From: Spirochaetia bacterium
Lineage (GTDB): Bacteria; Spirochaetota; Spirochaetia; UBA9216
DNA length: 64,000 bases
Direction of reading: 5' to 3'
Assembly: GCA_963675665.1 (NCBI GenBank)
Contig: OY776510.1
Coordinates: 4,192,001 to 4,256,000 of the forward strand
Shown here: positions 36,711-46,301 of the stretch, in pieces
Numbering within the stretch: position 1 is the stretch's first letter
Layout: each line of letters begins with the position of its first letter
Made by a program: the position numbers and the translations under genes
Notes under the pieces: generated by a model
What the model saw: only the letters and a program-made list of their open reading frames with translations
What the model was told of the DNA's origin: nothing
The model's database searches: none

Positions 36711-36738
36711 ATTATCGACAGAAAAAAGTGACTGTATA
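36711..36738 (-). promoter_or_regulatory. Sigma28-like promoter of the glycan operon
   Basis: TATA-N15-GTCGATAAT, 6 nt before ATG36704. Confidence 0.5.
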
Positions 36739-36797
36739 ACCGATTTTGCCTGCAACTCTTGCCGACTCCGTACAGAAGTTGTATTCTGCTAAACGAA

Positions 36798-38015
36798 ATG
36801 TTTGATTTTAAAGACAAGATTTTTTCGGTTACCGAGATTACCGGCCTAATAAAAGATACCCTTGAAGAAGGTTTCCGAAACGTTCAGATAAGCGGTGAAA
36901 TATCCAACTGCAGACCGTCAAGCACAGGCCATCTGTATTTTACTCTTAAAGACAAAAACGCAATGATAAGTGCGGTAATGTTCAAAGGGCGCCAGAAAAG
37001 TCTTAACTTCACTTTGCGCGACGGAATGCTTGTAAAGGTTTCGGGAAATATCTCCGTTTACGCGCTGAGAGGCTCATACCAGATAATCTGCGACAGTATT
37101 GAGAAATCCGGCGAAGGCGATATTCTCGCAATGCTTGAGGAACGGAAAAAAAAGCTGGCTGCCGAAGGCCTGTTTGATCTTGATAGAAAAAAAGCTGTGC
37201 CGATGTTCCCTTCCAGGGTTGCAGTCGTCACATCTCCGACAGGAGCAGCTATAAAAGACATCCTCCGGGTAACTGCAAGGCGTAATCCGGGGCTTGATAT
37301 ATTCATTCTGCCTGCCCCTGTACAGGGAGAATCTGCGGCGGCAAAAATCGCCGATCAGATCAAACGGGCCGGAGACTATAACCTTGGAGAAGTGCTGATA
37401 ATCGGCCGCGGCGGGGGCTCGCTTGAAGATCTGCTGCCCTTTTCGGATGAAGCCGTTGTTAGGGCAATTGCCGACTGCCCGCTGCCGGTGATATCAGCCG
37501 TGGGGCATGAGATAGACACCTCCCTTTCCGATTATGCAGCAGACATTTCAGCGCCAACGCCTTCAGCCGCTGCGGAGATAGTAAGCGCAGGCAGGGACGA
37601 ACTGCTGCATCGTGTCGGCGGTCTCTATGAATCAATCCGGTATGAAATAAGCCGTCAGACGGAGAAAATAAGAATCCTTGCCTCTCAATACAGCGGTGAA
37701 AACCTTGAGGAAAGTTTTTTCATCCTCATACAGCCCGTACTGGCCCGGTTTGACGATTTAAAGGAAGACCTTATAAAAAACATCACCGACAGGATCCGTG
37801 ACCATCAATACCGCCTTGATTCGGCAATAAGGGAACTAAATGCTGTGTCGCCCCAGGCAACGCTTGAGCGCGGTTATACAATAATGACGGATGAAGAAAC
37901 GGGAACGCTAATAAGTTCAGTGAAAGATGCGATACCGGGAAGAAAAGCCGGAATAAAATTTCATGACGGAACCGCAGGAGTACTTATCAGGGAGAATACA
38001 AATGAAAAACTTTGA
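36798..38015 (+). CDS. xseA: Exodeoxyribonuclease VII large subunit
   Basis: GEISN..STGHLYFTLKD, RGGGSLEDL, SAVGHEID and APTPSAAAE. Confidence 0.97.
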   Translation: MFDFKDKIFSVTEITGLIKDTLEEGFRNVQISGEISNCRPSSTGHLYFTLKDKNAMISAVMFKGRQKSLNFTLRDGMLVKVSGNISVYALRGSYQIICDSIEKSGEGDILAMLEERKKKLAAEGLFDLDRKKAVPMFPSRVAVVTSPTGAAIKDILRVTARRNPGLDIFILPAPVQGESAAAKIADQIKRAGDYNLGEVLIIGRGGGSLEDLLPFSDEAVVRAIADCPLPVISAVGHEIDTSLSDYAADISAPTPSAAAEIVSAGRDELLHRVGGLYESIRYEISRQTEKIRILASQYSGENLEESFFILIQPVLARFDDLKEDLIKNITDRIRDHQYRLDSAIRELNAVSPQATLERGYTIMTDEETGTLISSVKDAIPGRKAGIKFHDGTAGVLIRENTNEKL

Positions 38016-38235
38016 AGAAAGACTTAACAGGCTTGAAGAAATAAACTCTGAAATCAAGAGCGGAGGAAGTCTTGACAACTCGCTCAAACTCTTTGAAGAA
38101 GGGGTAAAACTGGCAAAGGGACTGGAAAAAGATCTCATGAAAGTTGAAAGAAGAATTGAGCTGCTGGTGAATGAGCCTGTTAAGGAAGAAGCGGAGGAAC
38201 CGAATTTCGAACTCTTTCCTGAACTGAATGATTAG
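38002..38235 (+). CDS. xseB: Exodeoxyribonuclease VII small subunit
   Basis: NFEERLNRLEEI...LDNSLKLFEEGVKL. Confidence 0.93.
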   Translation: MKNFEERLNRLEEINSEIKSGGSLDNSLKLFEEGVKLAKGLEKDLMKVERRIELLVNEPVKEEAEEPNFELFPELND

Positions 38236-38254
38236 TTCGTTATAAGATCAGGCA

Positions 38255-38695
38255 TCAATCCCCAAAATCGACAAGATCACCGGGTTCGATACCGTTTGAA
38301 TCAAACCAACCCTTATTCATCTCAAGAGCGAAGCGAACCGAAGAAACCGACTCAACCGGACGAAGAGATTCGGGTTTCATATCGTAAATTTCCATAATTT
38401 CACCATCGACGGAAATATAGGCGATGGATAATGGTATGAGAGTGTTCTTCATCCAGAACGACAAGCGCTGATCGCTGTCGAAAACAAACAGCATTCCGTG
38501 ATTTTCCGGCATTGTTTTACGATTCATCAGCCCGGTGCGCCGTGATTCCGTATCATCGGCTATTTCCGCCTCAATTTCAATCCCGTTGATGCTTATTATT
38601 CTGGTATCCAGTTTCTCGCGGCCGCCCATGGCAATAAGCAGAAAACATCCTGCGGCTATCACAAAAATCAGTAATATATATATGCCTCGTTTCAT
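38255..38695 (-). CDS. DUF192 family protein
   Basis: EIAD..R..GLM.R, GMLFVF, FWMKNTLIPLSIA and ALEMNKG. Confidence 0.9.
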   Translation of the reverse strand: MKRGIYILLIFVIAAGCFLLIAMGGREKLDTRIISINGIEIEAEIADDTESRRTGLMNRKTMPENHGMLFVFDSDQRLSFWMKNTLIPLSIAYISVDGEIMEIYDMKPESLRPVESVSSVRFALEMNKGWFDSNGIEPGDLVDFGD

Positions 38696-38706
38696 TAAAA
38701 TACCTT

Positions 38707-39279
38707 TTAAAATGAATTAATAAAATCCTGTCTCAACATGGTTTCCATGGAAGATTCGGCGCTGCCCTGCTCCTGAAGGCGCTGAAAAACTTCCCGGTCA
38801 ATATATTTTATGGAAAGCGGCCGCTCAAGACTGACAGTTATTTTCTCATCCTGCCAGATAATTCTGGACGGATTAAGTGATTCCGGCTCGCCGTATTTTC
38901 CGGTCAAAGCAGTATAGATGCTGTAATGATCGATATATTCCCTGTCAAGCACCATGGTTATAAGGTAAAGAATATCTTCATCAAACTGAAAATAAGCCCG
39001 CTCGACAAAACCCACGCCCTCACAGTCTATCACCTGCTGATCCCCGGAAGGCCGCATTGATACATCCGCATCTCCCCGGTAAGCGAAATTAGGCTCTTCC
39101 GCCAGCATTCTTTTTACCGTTTCAATGTCCATTCCAAGCTCAATCAATCCGTATCCGGCAGGAAGCGGCTGAATTAGATTTTCGTTATTTTCAGGTGTTA
39201 TATCGGACTGTGCAGCAACTGCTGCAGCCGCAAGAATAAGAATAGTTGATAACACTACCAGGAATCTGATGATACGCAT
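38707..39279 (-). CDS. Exported hypothetical protein
   Basis: Signal peptide; LTGKYGEP and SLERPLSIKYID. Confidence 0.7.
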   Translation of the reverse strand: MRIIRFLVVLSTILILAAAAVAAQSDITPENNENLIQPLPAGYGLIELGMDIETVKRMLAEEPNFAYRGDADVSMRPSGDQQVIDCEGVGFVERAYFQFDEDILYLITMVLDREYIDHYSIYTALTGKYGEPESLNPSRIIWQDEKITVSLERPLSIKYIDREVFQRLQEQGSAESSMETMLRQDFINSF

Positions 39280-39310
39280 ATTATATTATCGGTTTTTTTT
39301 AACTTTCTGT

Positions 39311-40069
39311 TCAGGGTTTAATCGCAATCCTTCCCGTATAATCAATCCTGTTAAGCAGGAGGTGTTTATCCGAAGCCGAAAAATATTCGTCGACTGCCAA
39401 TTTTGCTCCGGTAAAATGGCCGTAATCATCCAGAATAAGCACCCCGCCGGAGGATAATACCGGATAGAGATGTTCAAGCTCGACCCTTGTTGATTCGTAC
39501 CAGTCCGTATCCAGACGCAAAAGGCAGACTGAATCAGGAGCATCGGCAGGCAGGGTCTCTTCAACAGGTCCTTTTATAAAAATCAGTCTTTCGGCTGGAT
39601 ACCCGGTTTTACCGGTATTTGCTTTTACAGTATCAAGGCTGACCGCCCATTCGGTAAAATTCTTTGCGGTACCCTTAAGATCGGCATCCCATTTATCCCT
39701 GACGCTTCGGCCGTTCCACGCGATAAAGTCGTTATCGCCGGGTTCGGTCATCCCTTTAAAAGTATCGTACAGATAAATATTCCTGTCTTTTATTCCCGCG
39801 TTCATAAGCACAAGGGCCATCAGCATGCATGAGCCGCCCTTCCATACTCCGCACTCAACAAAATCTCCGGCTATATCGTTTTCAATAACATATCTGACTG
39901 CTTTATAAAGGGCGTAACCGCGTTCAACTGACGTCATGGTATAATCCCGAATTTCAGTCCAGATCTTTCTGAAATCTTCTTCCATGTCGATCCGGTACTG
40001 TTCCGGAGGAATTATCCCATACCCTTTCTGTTCCAGGATTCTGATCATTTCTTTTTCAGTTGCATTCAT
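39311..40069 (-). CDS. TylF/MycF-family O-methyltransferase
   Basis: GDFVECGVWKGGS, YDTFKG, LRLDTDWYES and LDDYG. Confidence 0.92.
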   Translation of the reverse strand: MNATEKEMIRILEQKGYGIIPPEQYRIDMEEDFRKIWTEIRDYTMTSVERGYALYKAVRYVIENDIAGDFVECGVWKGGSCMLMALVLMNAGIKDRNIYLYDTFKGMTEPGDNDFIAWNGRSVRDKWDADLKGTAKNFTEWAVSLDTVKANTGKTGYPAERLIFIKGPVEETLPADAPDSVCLLRLDTDWYESTRVELEHLYPVLSSGGVLILDDYGHFTGAKLAVDEYFSASDKHLLLNRIDYTGRIAIKP

Positions 40070-40070
40070 G

Positions 40071-42059
40071 CTAATTTCCCGTCAGGTGCATAAATTCAGC
40101 CTCATCAACTATTCTGACGCCAAGTTTTTCCGCTTTTGCCCGCTTGCTTCCGCCGCCTTTTCCGCAAAGCAGATGGGTGGTATTCCCGGTAATCGATGCA
40201 ACTGTCTTGCCGCCGCGTTTTTTAATCTCTTCAAGAGCATTTTCCCTCGGTTTGAAATTCTCAAAACTGCCGGTTATACACCAGCTTTGACCGGAAAAAA
40301 CGCCGTTTCCGGTATTCAGCTCATCATCCGCCGCTTCGAATCTCAGTCCGCGAGAACGCAGCGCATTAATCCTGGCCCTGGTTTCAGGTATCTTCAATTC
40401 GGAAATAATAATGTCTGCTGTCCGCTCGCCTATTCCGTGAACGGCAGTCAGACCTTCCTTATCACCGGCATCTGAAGCCGCAAAAAGCTTGTCAATCGAA
40501 TTGTAGCCCGCATCAATCAGCAGTTCGGCAACCTTGCGTCCAAGTTCCGGTATTCCAAGCGAACTTAACACAGTACGGAACGGCTGATTCAGACTGGCAG
40601 CTATACCCGCTTTTATAAGAGTAACCTTTTTTTCACCGAAACCTTTTTCATCAACCAGTTTTTCATACGGACAGGTATAAATATCTTCAACGTCCCTGAT
40701 CATGTCCCTGCCGATCAAAAACTCAACCGTTTCAGGCCCGAAATTCTCTATATCCATCTGTTTGCGGTCTATGAAAAAGAAGATCCGTCCCCTCACCTGA
40801 TCGGGACAGTTCCGGTTGGGACAGAAGTGGTGCGCACCCTTTCGTATTAATTCTGTTTTGCAGGAAGGACATTCGGCCGGCATCTCCCAGACGGGCGCTG
40901 AGTCGTCTCCCTTTTCAAGGACTTTTTCGACTGCCGGAATTACGTCTCCGCGCTTTGAAACGGCAACGGTATCGCCCGGAGCAACTTCAAGCATGTTTAT
41001 GTATTCCTGGTTATGCAGAGTGACATTGGATACTGTTGAACCTCCAATCTGAACCGGTTCTACCCGCCCTACCGGGGTTATCCGCCCGGTCCTTCCAACC
41101 TGGATATCTATTCCGTTCAATACGGTAGCGCCCTGCATTGATTCGAACTTATATGCGATTGCCCATCTGGGATGGTGTCCGGTATAGCCAAGGAATTCAC
41201 GGGCCGGAATCTCATTCACCTTGATTACAAGCCCGTCGATTTCATAGGGCAGACTGTCCCGTTTGGAACTGCTTGTTTCTATATATTTCGAAAGATCTTC
41301 ACTTGAGTCGAGAAATAGGTGCCTGGGATTTACTCTGAAACCGAGGTCTTTCAGCCTGTTGATTATTTCCTTCTGCTCTGACGGCTGCTCTTCAAAAAAC
41401 CCTTCGTATACAAAAATATCAAGCGGTATCCTGGCTGTTTCAGAGCTTTTTATCCTGCGGATTGTACCGGCTGCAAGGTTTCTCGGATTGGCATACGGAG
41501 GATCTATTTCCCTGTTCAGCTCCTCAAAGCGGTTTTTGGGCAGATAAATTTCACCCCGTACTGCCACATTAACCGGTTGCGGAAGTTTAAGCGGCACCGA
41601 GCCGATTGTTTTAACATTGGCCGTCACATCATTGCCTGTGTATCCGTTGCCGCGTGTAACTGCACGGGCAAGAAGTCCGTTTTCATAGTAAAGAACTATT
41701 GAAATACCGTCGATCTTTTCTTCAACCGAAAAAGTTATTGAATCTCCAGCATTTCGCCGGGTTTTATCCATCCAGGTTTTAACCTCGGCAACGGAATAGG
41801 CCTTGTCCAGGCTCAGAACAGGTATGCTGTGTTCCGCTTCGGGAAGGTCCGAAGCAAGGTCTGACCCTACCCTGGAGGTTGGAGAATCGGGAGCCTTTAA
41901 CTCCGGGTTCTCCGTTTCGAGTTTAACAAGCCTGTCGAACATGGAATCATATTCAAGATCAGTTACCTGCGGATCCGCAAGAACATAGTATTGATGCTGA
42001 TATAAACGAAGGAGATCCGAAAGCCTCCGAATCTCCTCCTGTATTTCTTCTTTCTGCAT
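40071..42059 (-). CDS. ligA: NAD-dependent DNA ligase
   Basis: EKIDG, TRGNG, EIDGLVIK, PRWAIAYK, Zn finger and BRCT domain. Confidence 0.98.
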   Translation of the reverse strand: MQKEEIQEEIRRLSDLLRLYQHQYYVLADPQVTDLEYDSMFDRLVKLETENPELKAPDSPTSRVGSDLASDLPEAEHSIPVLSLDKAYSVAEVKTWMDKTRRNAGDSITFSVEEKIDGISIVLYYENGLLARAVTRGNGYTGNDVTANVKTIGSVPLKLPQPVNVAVRGEIYLPKNRFEELNREIDPPYANPRNLAAGTIRRIKSSETARIPLDIFVYEGFFEEQPSEQKEIINRLKDLGFRVNPRHLFLDSSEDLSKYIETSSSKRDSLPYEIDGLVIKVNEIPAREFLGYTGHHPRWAIAYKFESMQGATVLNGIDIQVGRTGRITPVGRVEPVQIGGSTVSNVTLHNQEYINMLEVAPGDTVAVSKRGDVIPAVEKVLEKGDDSAPVWEMPAECPSCKTELIRKGAHHFCPNRNCPDQVRGRIFFFIDRKQMDIENFGPETVEFLIGRDMIRDVEDIYTCPYEKLVDEKGFGEKKVTLIKAGIAASLNQPFRTVLSSLGIPELGRKVAELLIDAGYNSIDKLFAASDAGDKEGLTAVHGIGERTADIIISELKIPETRARINALRSRGLRFEAADDELNTGNGVFSGQSWCITGSFENFKPRENALEEIKKRGGKTVASITGNTTHLLCGKGGGSKRAKAEKLGVRIVDEAEFMHLTGN

Positions 42060-42063
42060 GCGC

Positions 42064-44403
42064 CTATTCTATCCTCCTGATAAAGGCATCAGAATACCCG
42101 CCTGCTCTGAAATTGTAAAGCATTATGCCGCTTTCGTCCGCCGTAAGCGGCCCTAGAAGAAGTTTATAGCTGACGCCGGCCGGTGCTTCATCAGTCAGGA
42201 TTGTAACCGGATAATTAGCCTCAAGACGGCCCGCAGCTTTTAAAGCCGAGTTTTTCTCTCTGTAAGCGCCGAGCTGCAGATAGTGTTTCTGCTGCTGCAG
42301 CTTGGATACCATCATTATATGCTCAGGTGTAATCAGTTCAGGTTCCGGTGCTGTTACAGGCGGGGCCTCAACAACCGTCACCGGCTCAGATACAACAACC
42401 GGTTCAGGTTCCGGCGCAGGCTCGGGTTCCGGCTCGGGTTCGGGTTCCGGCTCTGCAACAGTTACAGTTTCAACAACAGCAGGAGCGATTTCAGTCTCAC
42501 CAGTTTCTACATCAGGGCTGTGTTCGGCAATATCAGTTTCCAGAGTCTCCGCATCCTCAGGTTCGCTCTCCATGAGGCCGGTTTCCTCTTCAACCAGTTC
42601 CGGAGGCCTTACCTCGGCAGGAACAAGTGTAACATCAAGGCTTTCATCATATTCCGGAACAGCCGGGGCGACATCAATCGCTTCCGCTTCATCATCGCCG
42701 GCCGCTTTTACAATCTCGGGAACATCCTTCATCCCCGGCATAGTACTGAAATCTTCTTCCGGGGCCGGGCTGTAGGCAAGCTCTTCACCGGTTTCAGGAA
42801 TTTCAGCAGGCTCTTTTTCGGTACTGTAATTCGGGTAATCCCTGACAGCCCCGGTAAACTCTGCTTCTTCCGGTAAAAGATATCCGTTGGCAACATCAAC
42901 AAGCTTCCCTTCGTCCTTTCCGGGAATGACGGGAAATGATTCGGCAATCAGGTCTGAACCGTCGGCAATCAATGGAAACGCCTCAAGCAAATCAACAGCC
43001 GGAGCGGAATCTTCTCCATCCATAGCGGCAACAAGTACCGGAGTATCCATATAACCGCTGCTGACTTCAATAACGGCCGGGGTCGATTCTGCTATAAACA
43101 GATGATCTCCCACCAGCATTGCAATGACCTCTTCCGGAATTTCAGGCTCGGGAACAGGCAGGCCGGTACCGGAAACAGCAGCTTCCTTTTCCGTCGGACT
43201 GTAATAATCACTGACTTCAGTTATATACTCTTCATCAGTGACTTTCTCGGCGATCTCGGGAATTATATTCAATTCGAAACTGTCTTCAGCGCTGTAGGCA
43301 GGATTTGTCTCGCCTATACCCGAAGAAACAAGTTCAAGATTTGCAGCCGGAACATCCATTTTACTGTCGCCGGTAACATCATCAGCTTCAGCCGGGTCGG
43401 CTGCTGCAATATCATCATTCATAACAACAAGTTTTTCAGCTGCTTCTGCGGCTTCGCTATCTTCCGGACTCTCACTGTCAGGCCATAACGGGCTGGTTTC
43501 AGGAGCATGGATCTCTCTGCCGGGTCCGCTTTCAATGCTGAGAGGGCTTCCTTCAGCAAGTTCATCCATTGTCAGGTAAAGTGGTTCAGGTTCCGGTTCC
43601 GGTTCAGGCTTGATGATTCCGTCCGGCCAGTCAAAGGGTTTTTCCGGAATATCCTCTGCTATGTCGGCAGGAACTTCTTCTTCTCTCACCAGGATTTCTG
43701 CTTCGCCCAATCCTTCTTCTTTCGGGGGCAGTTCCGAAAGTACAGGAAAATCGGATTCTCTTCCGTTAACCGCTTCCGGTTCTTCAACCGGTTCAGGCTC
43801 GGCAGCTGTTATCGTTGCCGGTTCGGGTTCGGGTATCGTTACTGCTTCCGGTTCCGGCTCGGGTTCGATCTCCGGCTCTGGTTCGGGTATCACTGCAGGT
43901 TCCGGTTCAACAATTGTTTCAGACACGGAAACCGCCCTCGATTCGACTATTTCCTGGTTTACAAGATCTTCAGGCTCCATAAGCGAGGCAGCAGGGTTCA
44001 GATCCGGATCAGGATTATAGGCAAGGTCATCGTATTTGGGGTCCTCAACGGTAGTGCCGCGGGAAATCATCCGTACCTTGATTCTTGCTATATCGCTCTG
44101 ATATATGCCGAGTTCCTGTGCCGCCTGGTTTGAAACAAGCATTAAAAGCCCTGAATCTGTAAGCCTGTCGACAATAATTACGCGCGTACGTTTTCCGTTT
44201 TCAAGATTTTCAACCTCAACAAAAGCATTCTGGGGAAAGGAATTGGAGGCACCGTAATATCCCGTAAACGGGAATTCTCCATACCTGCCCATTGCTGCGC
44301 TTCCTTCCCATACTTTATCTGCATATATATGGAAAACAGCTGAACTTATAAGCATTACAGCAGCTAAGAGAATTATTTTCGTTTTTTTAGAATTTCCTGA
44401 CAT
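42064..44403 (-). CDS. Exported RlpA-like/SPOR protein with a long acidic Pro/Glu linker
   Basis: Signal peptide; DPBB-like VEVENLENGKRTRVIIVDR; (PE)n tracts; C-terminal SPOR (YLQLGAY...YKLLLGP...DAF). AGGAG RBS before ATG44403. Confidence 0.85.
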   Translation of the reverse strand: MSGNSKKTKIILLAAVMLISSAVFHIYADKVWEGSAAMGRYGEFPFTGYYGASNSFPQNAFVEVENLENGKRTRVIIVDRLTDSGLLMLVSNQAAQELGIYQSDIARIKVRMISRGTTVEDPKYDDLAYNPDPDLNPAASLMEPEDLVNQEIVESRAVSVSETIVEPEPAVIPEPEPEIEPEPEPEAVTIPEPEPATITAAEPEPVEEPEAVNGRESDFPVLSELPPKEEGLGEAEILVREEEVPADIAEDIPEKPFDWPDGIIKPEPEPEPEPLYLTMDELAEGSPLSIESGPGREIHAPETSPLWPDSESPEDSEAAEAAEKLVVMNDDIAAADPAEADDVTGDSKMDVPAANLELVSSGIGETNPAYSAEDSFELNIIPEIAEKVTDEEYITEVSDYYSPTEKEAAVSGTGLPVPEPEIPEEVIAMLVGDHLFIAESTPAVIEVSSGYMDTPVLVAAMDGEDSAPAVDLLEAFPLIADGSDLIAESFPVIPGKDEGKLVDVANGYLLPEEAEFTGAVRDYPNYSTEKEPAEIPETGEELAYSPAPEEDFSTMPGMKDVPEIVKAAGDDEAEAIDVAPAVPEYDESLDVTLVPAEVRPPELVEEETGLMESEPEDAETLETDIAEHSPDVETGETEIAPAVVETVTVAEPEPEPEPEPEPAPEPEPVVVSEPVTVVEAPPVTAPEPELITPEHIMMVSKLQQQKHYLQLGAYREKNSALKAAGRLEANYPVTILTDEAPAGVSYKLLLGPLTADESGIMLYNFRAGGYSDAFIRRIE

Positions 44404-44459
44404 AAAGAGACTCCTGATCATATAATCGGACGGAAACCGGGTGAAATTAATCTTTTTTG

Positions 44460-44975
44460 CTAAAACACCTGCAGTCCCGAAATCATCTTCGACGCAATTT
44501 CAATTCCGATTTCGGTAAAACTGTCGAGGAGTTCTTCTTCGCCTTTTTCTTCCGCTATCTCAAGAACAGTCTCAGTCTCCTGAAAAACTGTTTTTCCTGT
44601 ATTACTGTACATTGTGTACCTGGCCTTTACCGGAACAGGCAAATCATCGGAAAATGCCTCGGGAAAAATGATCTCCATAATCATTACTCTGTCGGCGCCC
44701 ATTCGGCTTCCCATTATCTGTGCTACATCCGCTTCATTTTCGGCATCTTTACCGGCAATGTCCCTGCATTCGTTAAGAAAGGAATTTGTTACAATATGGC
44801 CGGCATCAAAAAAAGCATCCATAACGCCGTCTTCAAATGCCCTGAGTACCGAAACCGTCCAGGCTGTCGGCTCTTCCTGATCAGTGTTATCGCTTATACA
44901 GAAAAGGACTGTGTCCGCGGCAGCTGCAGCAAGGCAGACGACCGTAAAAAATAAAATAAAAACTGTTTTCTTCAT
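44460..44975 (-). CDS. Exported hypothetical protein
   Basis: Signal peptide; EDGVMDAFFDAGHIVTN. Confidence 0.7.
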   Translation of the reverse strand: MKKTVFILFFTVVCLAAAAADTVLFCISDNTDQEEPTAWTVSVLRAFEDGVMDAFFDAGHIVTNSFLNECRDIAGKDAENEADVAQIMGSRMGADRVMIMEIIFPEAFSDDLPVPVKARYTMYSNTGKTVFQETETVLEIAEEKGEEELLDSFTEIGIEIASKMISGLQVF

Positions 44976-44981
44976 GCACAG

Positions 44982-45034
44982 ATTATCGGAAATTTGAAGT
45001 GAATCTTGAAGCTAATCAATATCCGTGATAGTTT
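44982..45034. promoter_or_regulatory. Back-to-back promoters sharing a -35 region
   Basis: Minus strand: TCAA-N15-TCCGATAAT (sigma28-like). Plus strand: TTGAAG-N17-TAGTTT (sigma70-like). Both use 45006-45009. Confidence 0.5.
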
Positions 45035-45041
45035 ACTTTAC

Positions 45042-46301
45042 ATGTCCAATGAACAAAATATTATAGAACAGAACAACGAAGATGAAATATCCCTGATGGA
45101 TTTGGTTTCCGTCATTGCAAAAAGATGGAAATTTATTTTCTTCAGCACCCTTATAGCAGCAGTCCTTATTTTCAGCTATTCGCTGTATACAGTGAAGGCG
45201 GCGCCGGAGGCGCCCTTTAACAAACTGCCGAATGTTTACCGCCCGCAGGTGATTGTCAGGCTCCAGGAAGCGTCAAGCTCGTCATCCACTCTCCAGAAAA
45301 TGCTGAACAGCAGCGATCTGGGCATTCTTTCCGGAATAGTATCCACATCCGGCGGAACATCCAACGCAGATCTTGCACAGGCCCTTATTAAGGGCAATAC
45401 GATCGCCGATCAGATAGCTGAAGAATTCGACTTTATAAACCGGTTTGAAATTGAAAAAAATCCGAGGACCAGCAGCAGGAGATTTTACACCGAAAATCTG
45501 CAGGTTGAATTTGAGGATGCAACCGGTTTTCTTACTGTAGGATATGAAAACATAGATCCTGTTTTTGCTACCGAGGTCGTCAACCGTTCTCTTGAGCTTC
45601 TTGAAGAGCGTTTCCGCGGACTGACCATGGACAGCATACTAACAAAAAAAACTTTTCTTGAGGAACAGCTTGCCGAACAGGAATCGGCGCTGTCCCGGGC
45701 TCAGAATACTCTTATCGACTTTCAGAAACGCTATGGCATAGTGGATATAGAAAGCCAGACTGCCGCCCAGATAAGCGAATTGACCTCAATGAACTCGTCG
45801 CTTGTACAGAAAGAGGTTGAACTGAAAGGTCTGCTTGAGAAAAGACGCCCGGAAGACCCCCAGGTACAGCGCCTGCAGAATGAAATTGCCCAGCTCAAGG
45901 AGCTGATTAAAGCCAAAACCATCGGGTTCAAAGACTATTCTTCAGATTCCGATTATATTCCGCAGAACAAACTGCCGGAACTTTCAGCAATATATGCCAA
46001 CCTGCAGAAGGAAGCGGAACTCCAGGCTACGCTGTATCTGTCGTTTAAAACCCAGTATGAATCGGTAAAGCTTGAAGAGGCTGACAACTCAAAACAATTT
46101 CAGATTATTGAGCGTGCGGAAGTTCCGGAGCTGAAGGCAAAACCGAGCCGTTCAAAAATCTGCATGATAGTGACTATTGCCGTGATGTTTTTATCAGTGT
46201 TTCTTTCATTCATTTTCGAATATTTCGACAGGGTAAGACGTGATCCGGTTGAATCAAAAAAATTGAACGAGATCAAAAAGTACCTGAGACTAAGAAAGTG
46301 A
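45042..46301 (+). CDS. Wzz/GumC polysaccharide chain-length determinant
   Basis: DEISLMDL, two TM segments around a coiled coil, and AEVPELKAKPSR. Confidence 0.9.
   Translation: MSNEQNIIEQNNEDEISLMDLVSVIAKRWKFIFFSTLIAAVLIFSYSLYTVKAAPEAPFNKLPNVYRPQVIVRLQEASSSSSTLQKMLNSSDLGILSGIVSTSGGTSNADLAQALIKGNTIADQIAEEFDFINRFEIEKNPRTSSRRFYTENLQVEFEDATGFLTVGYENIDPVFATEVVNRSLELLEERFRGLTMDSILTKKTFLEEQLAEQESALSRAQNTLIDFQKRYGIVDIESQTAAQISELTSMNSSLVQKEVELKGLLEKRRPEDPQVQRLQNEIAQLKELIKAKTIGFKDYSSDSDYIPQNKLPELSAIYANLQKEAELQATLYLSFKTQYESVKLEEADNSKQFQIIERAEVPELKAKPSRSKICMIVTIAVMFLSVFLSFIFEYFDRVRRDPVESKKLNEIKKYLRLRK

Noticed and set aside
42395-43910. GGTTCN/GGCTCN tandem repeats as a CRISPR array or VNTR element
   Set aside because: They are the 6-bp codon periodicity of (Pro-Glu)n tracts in the SPOR protein; there are no spacers.
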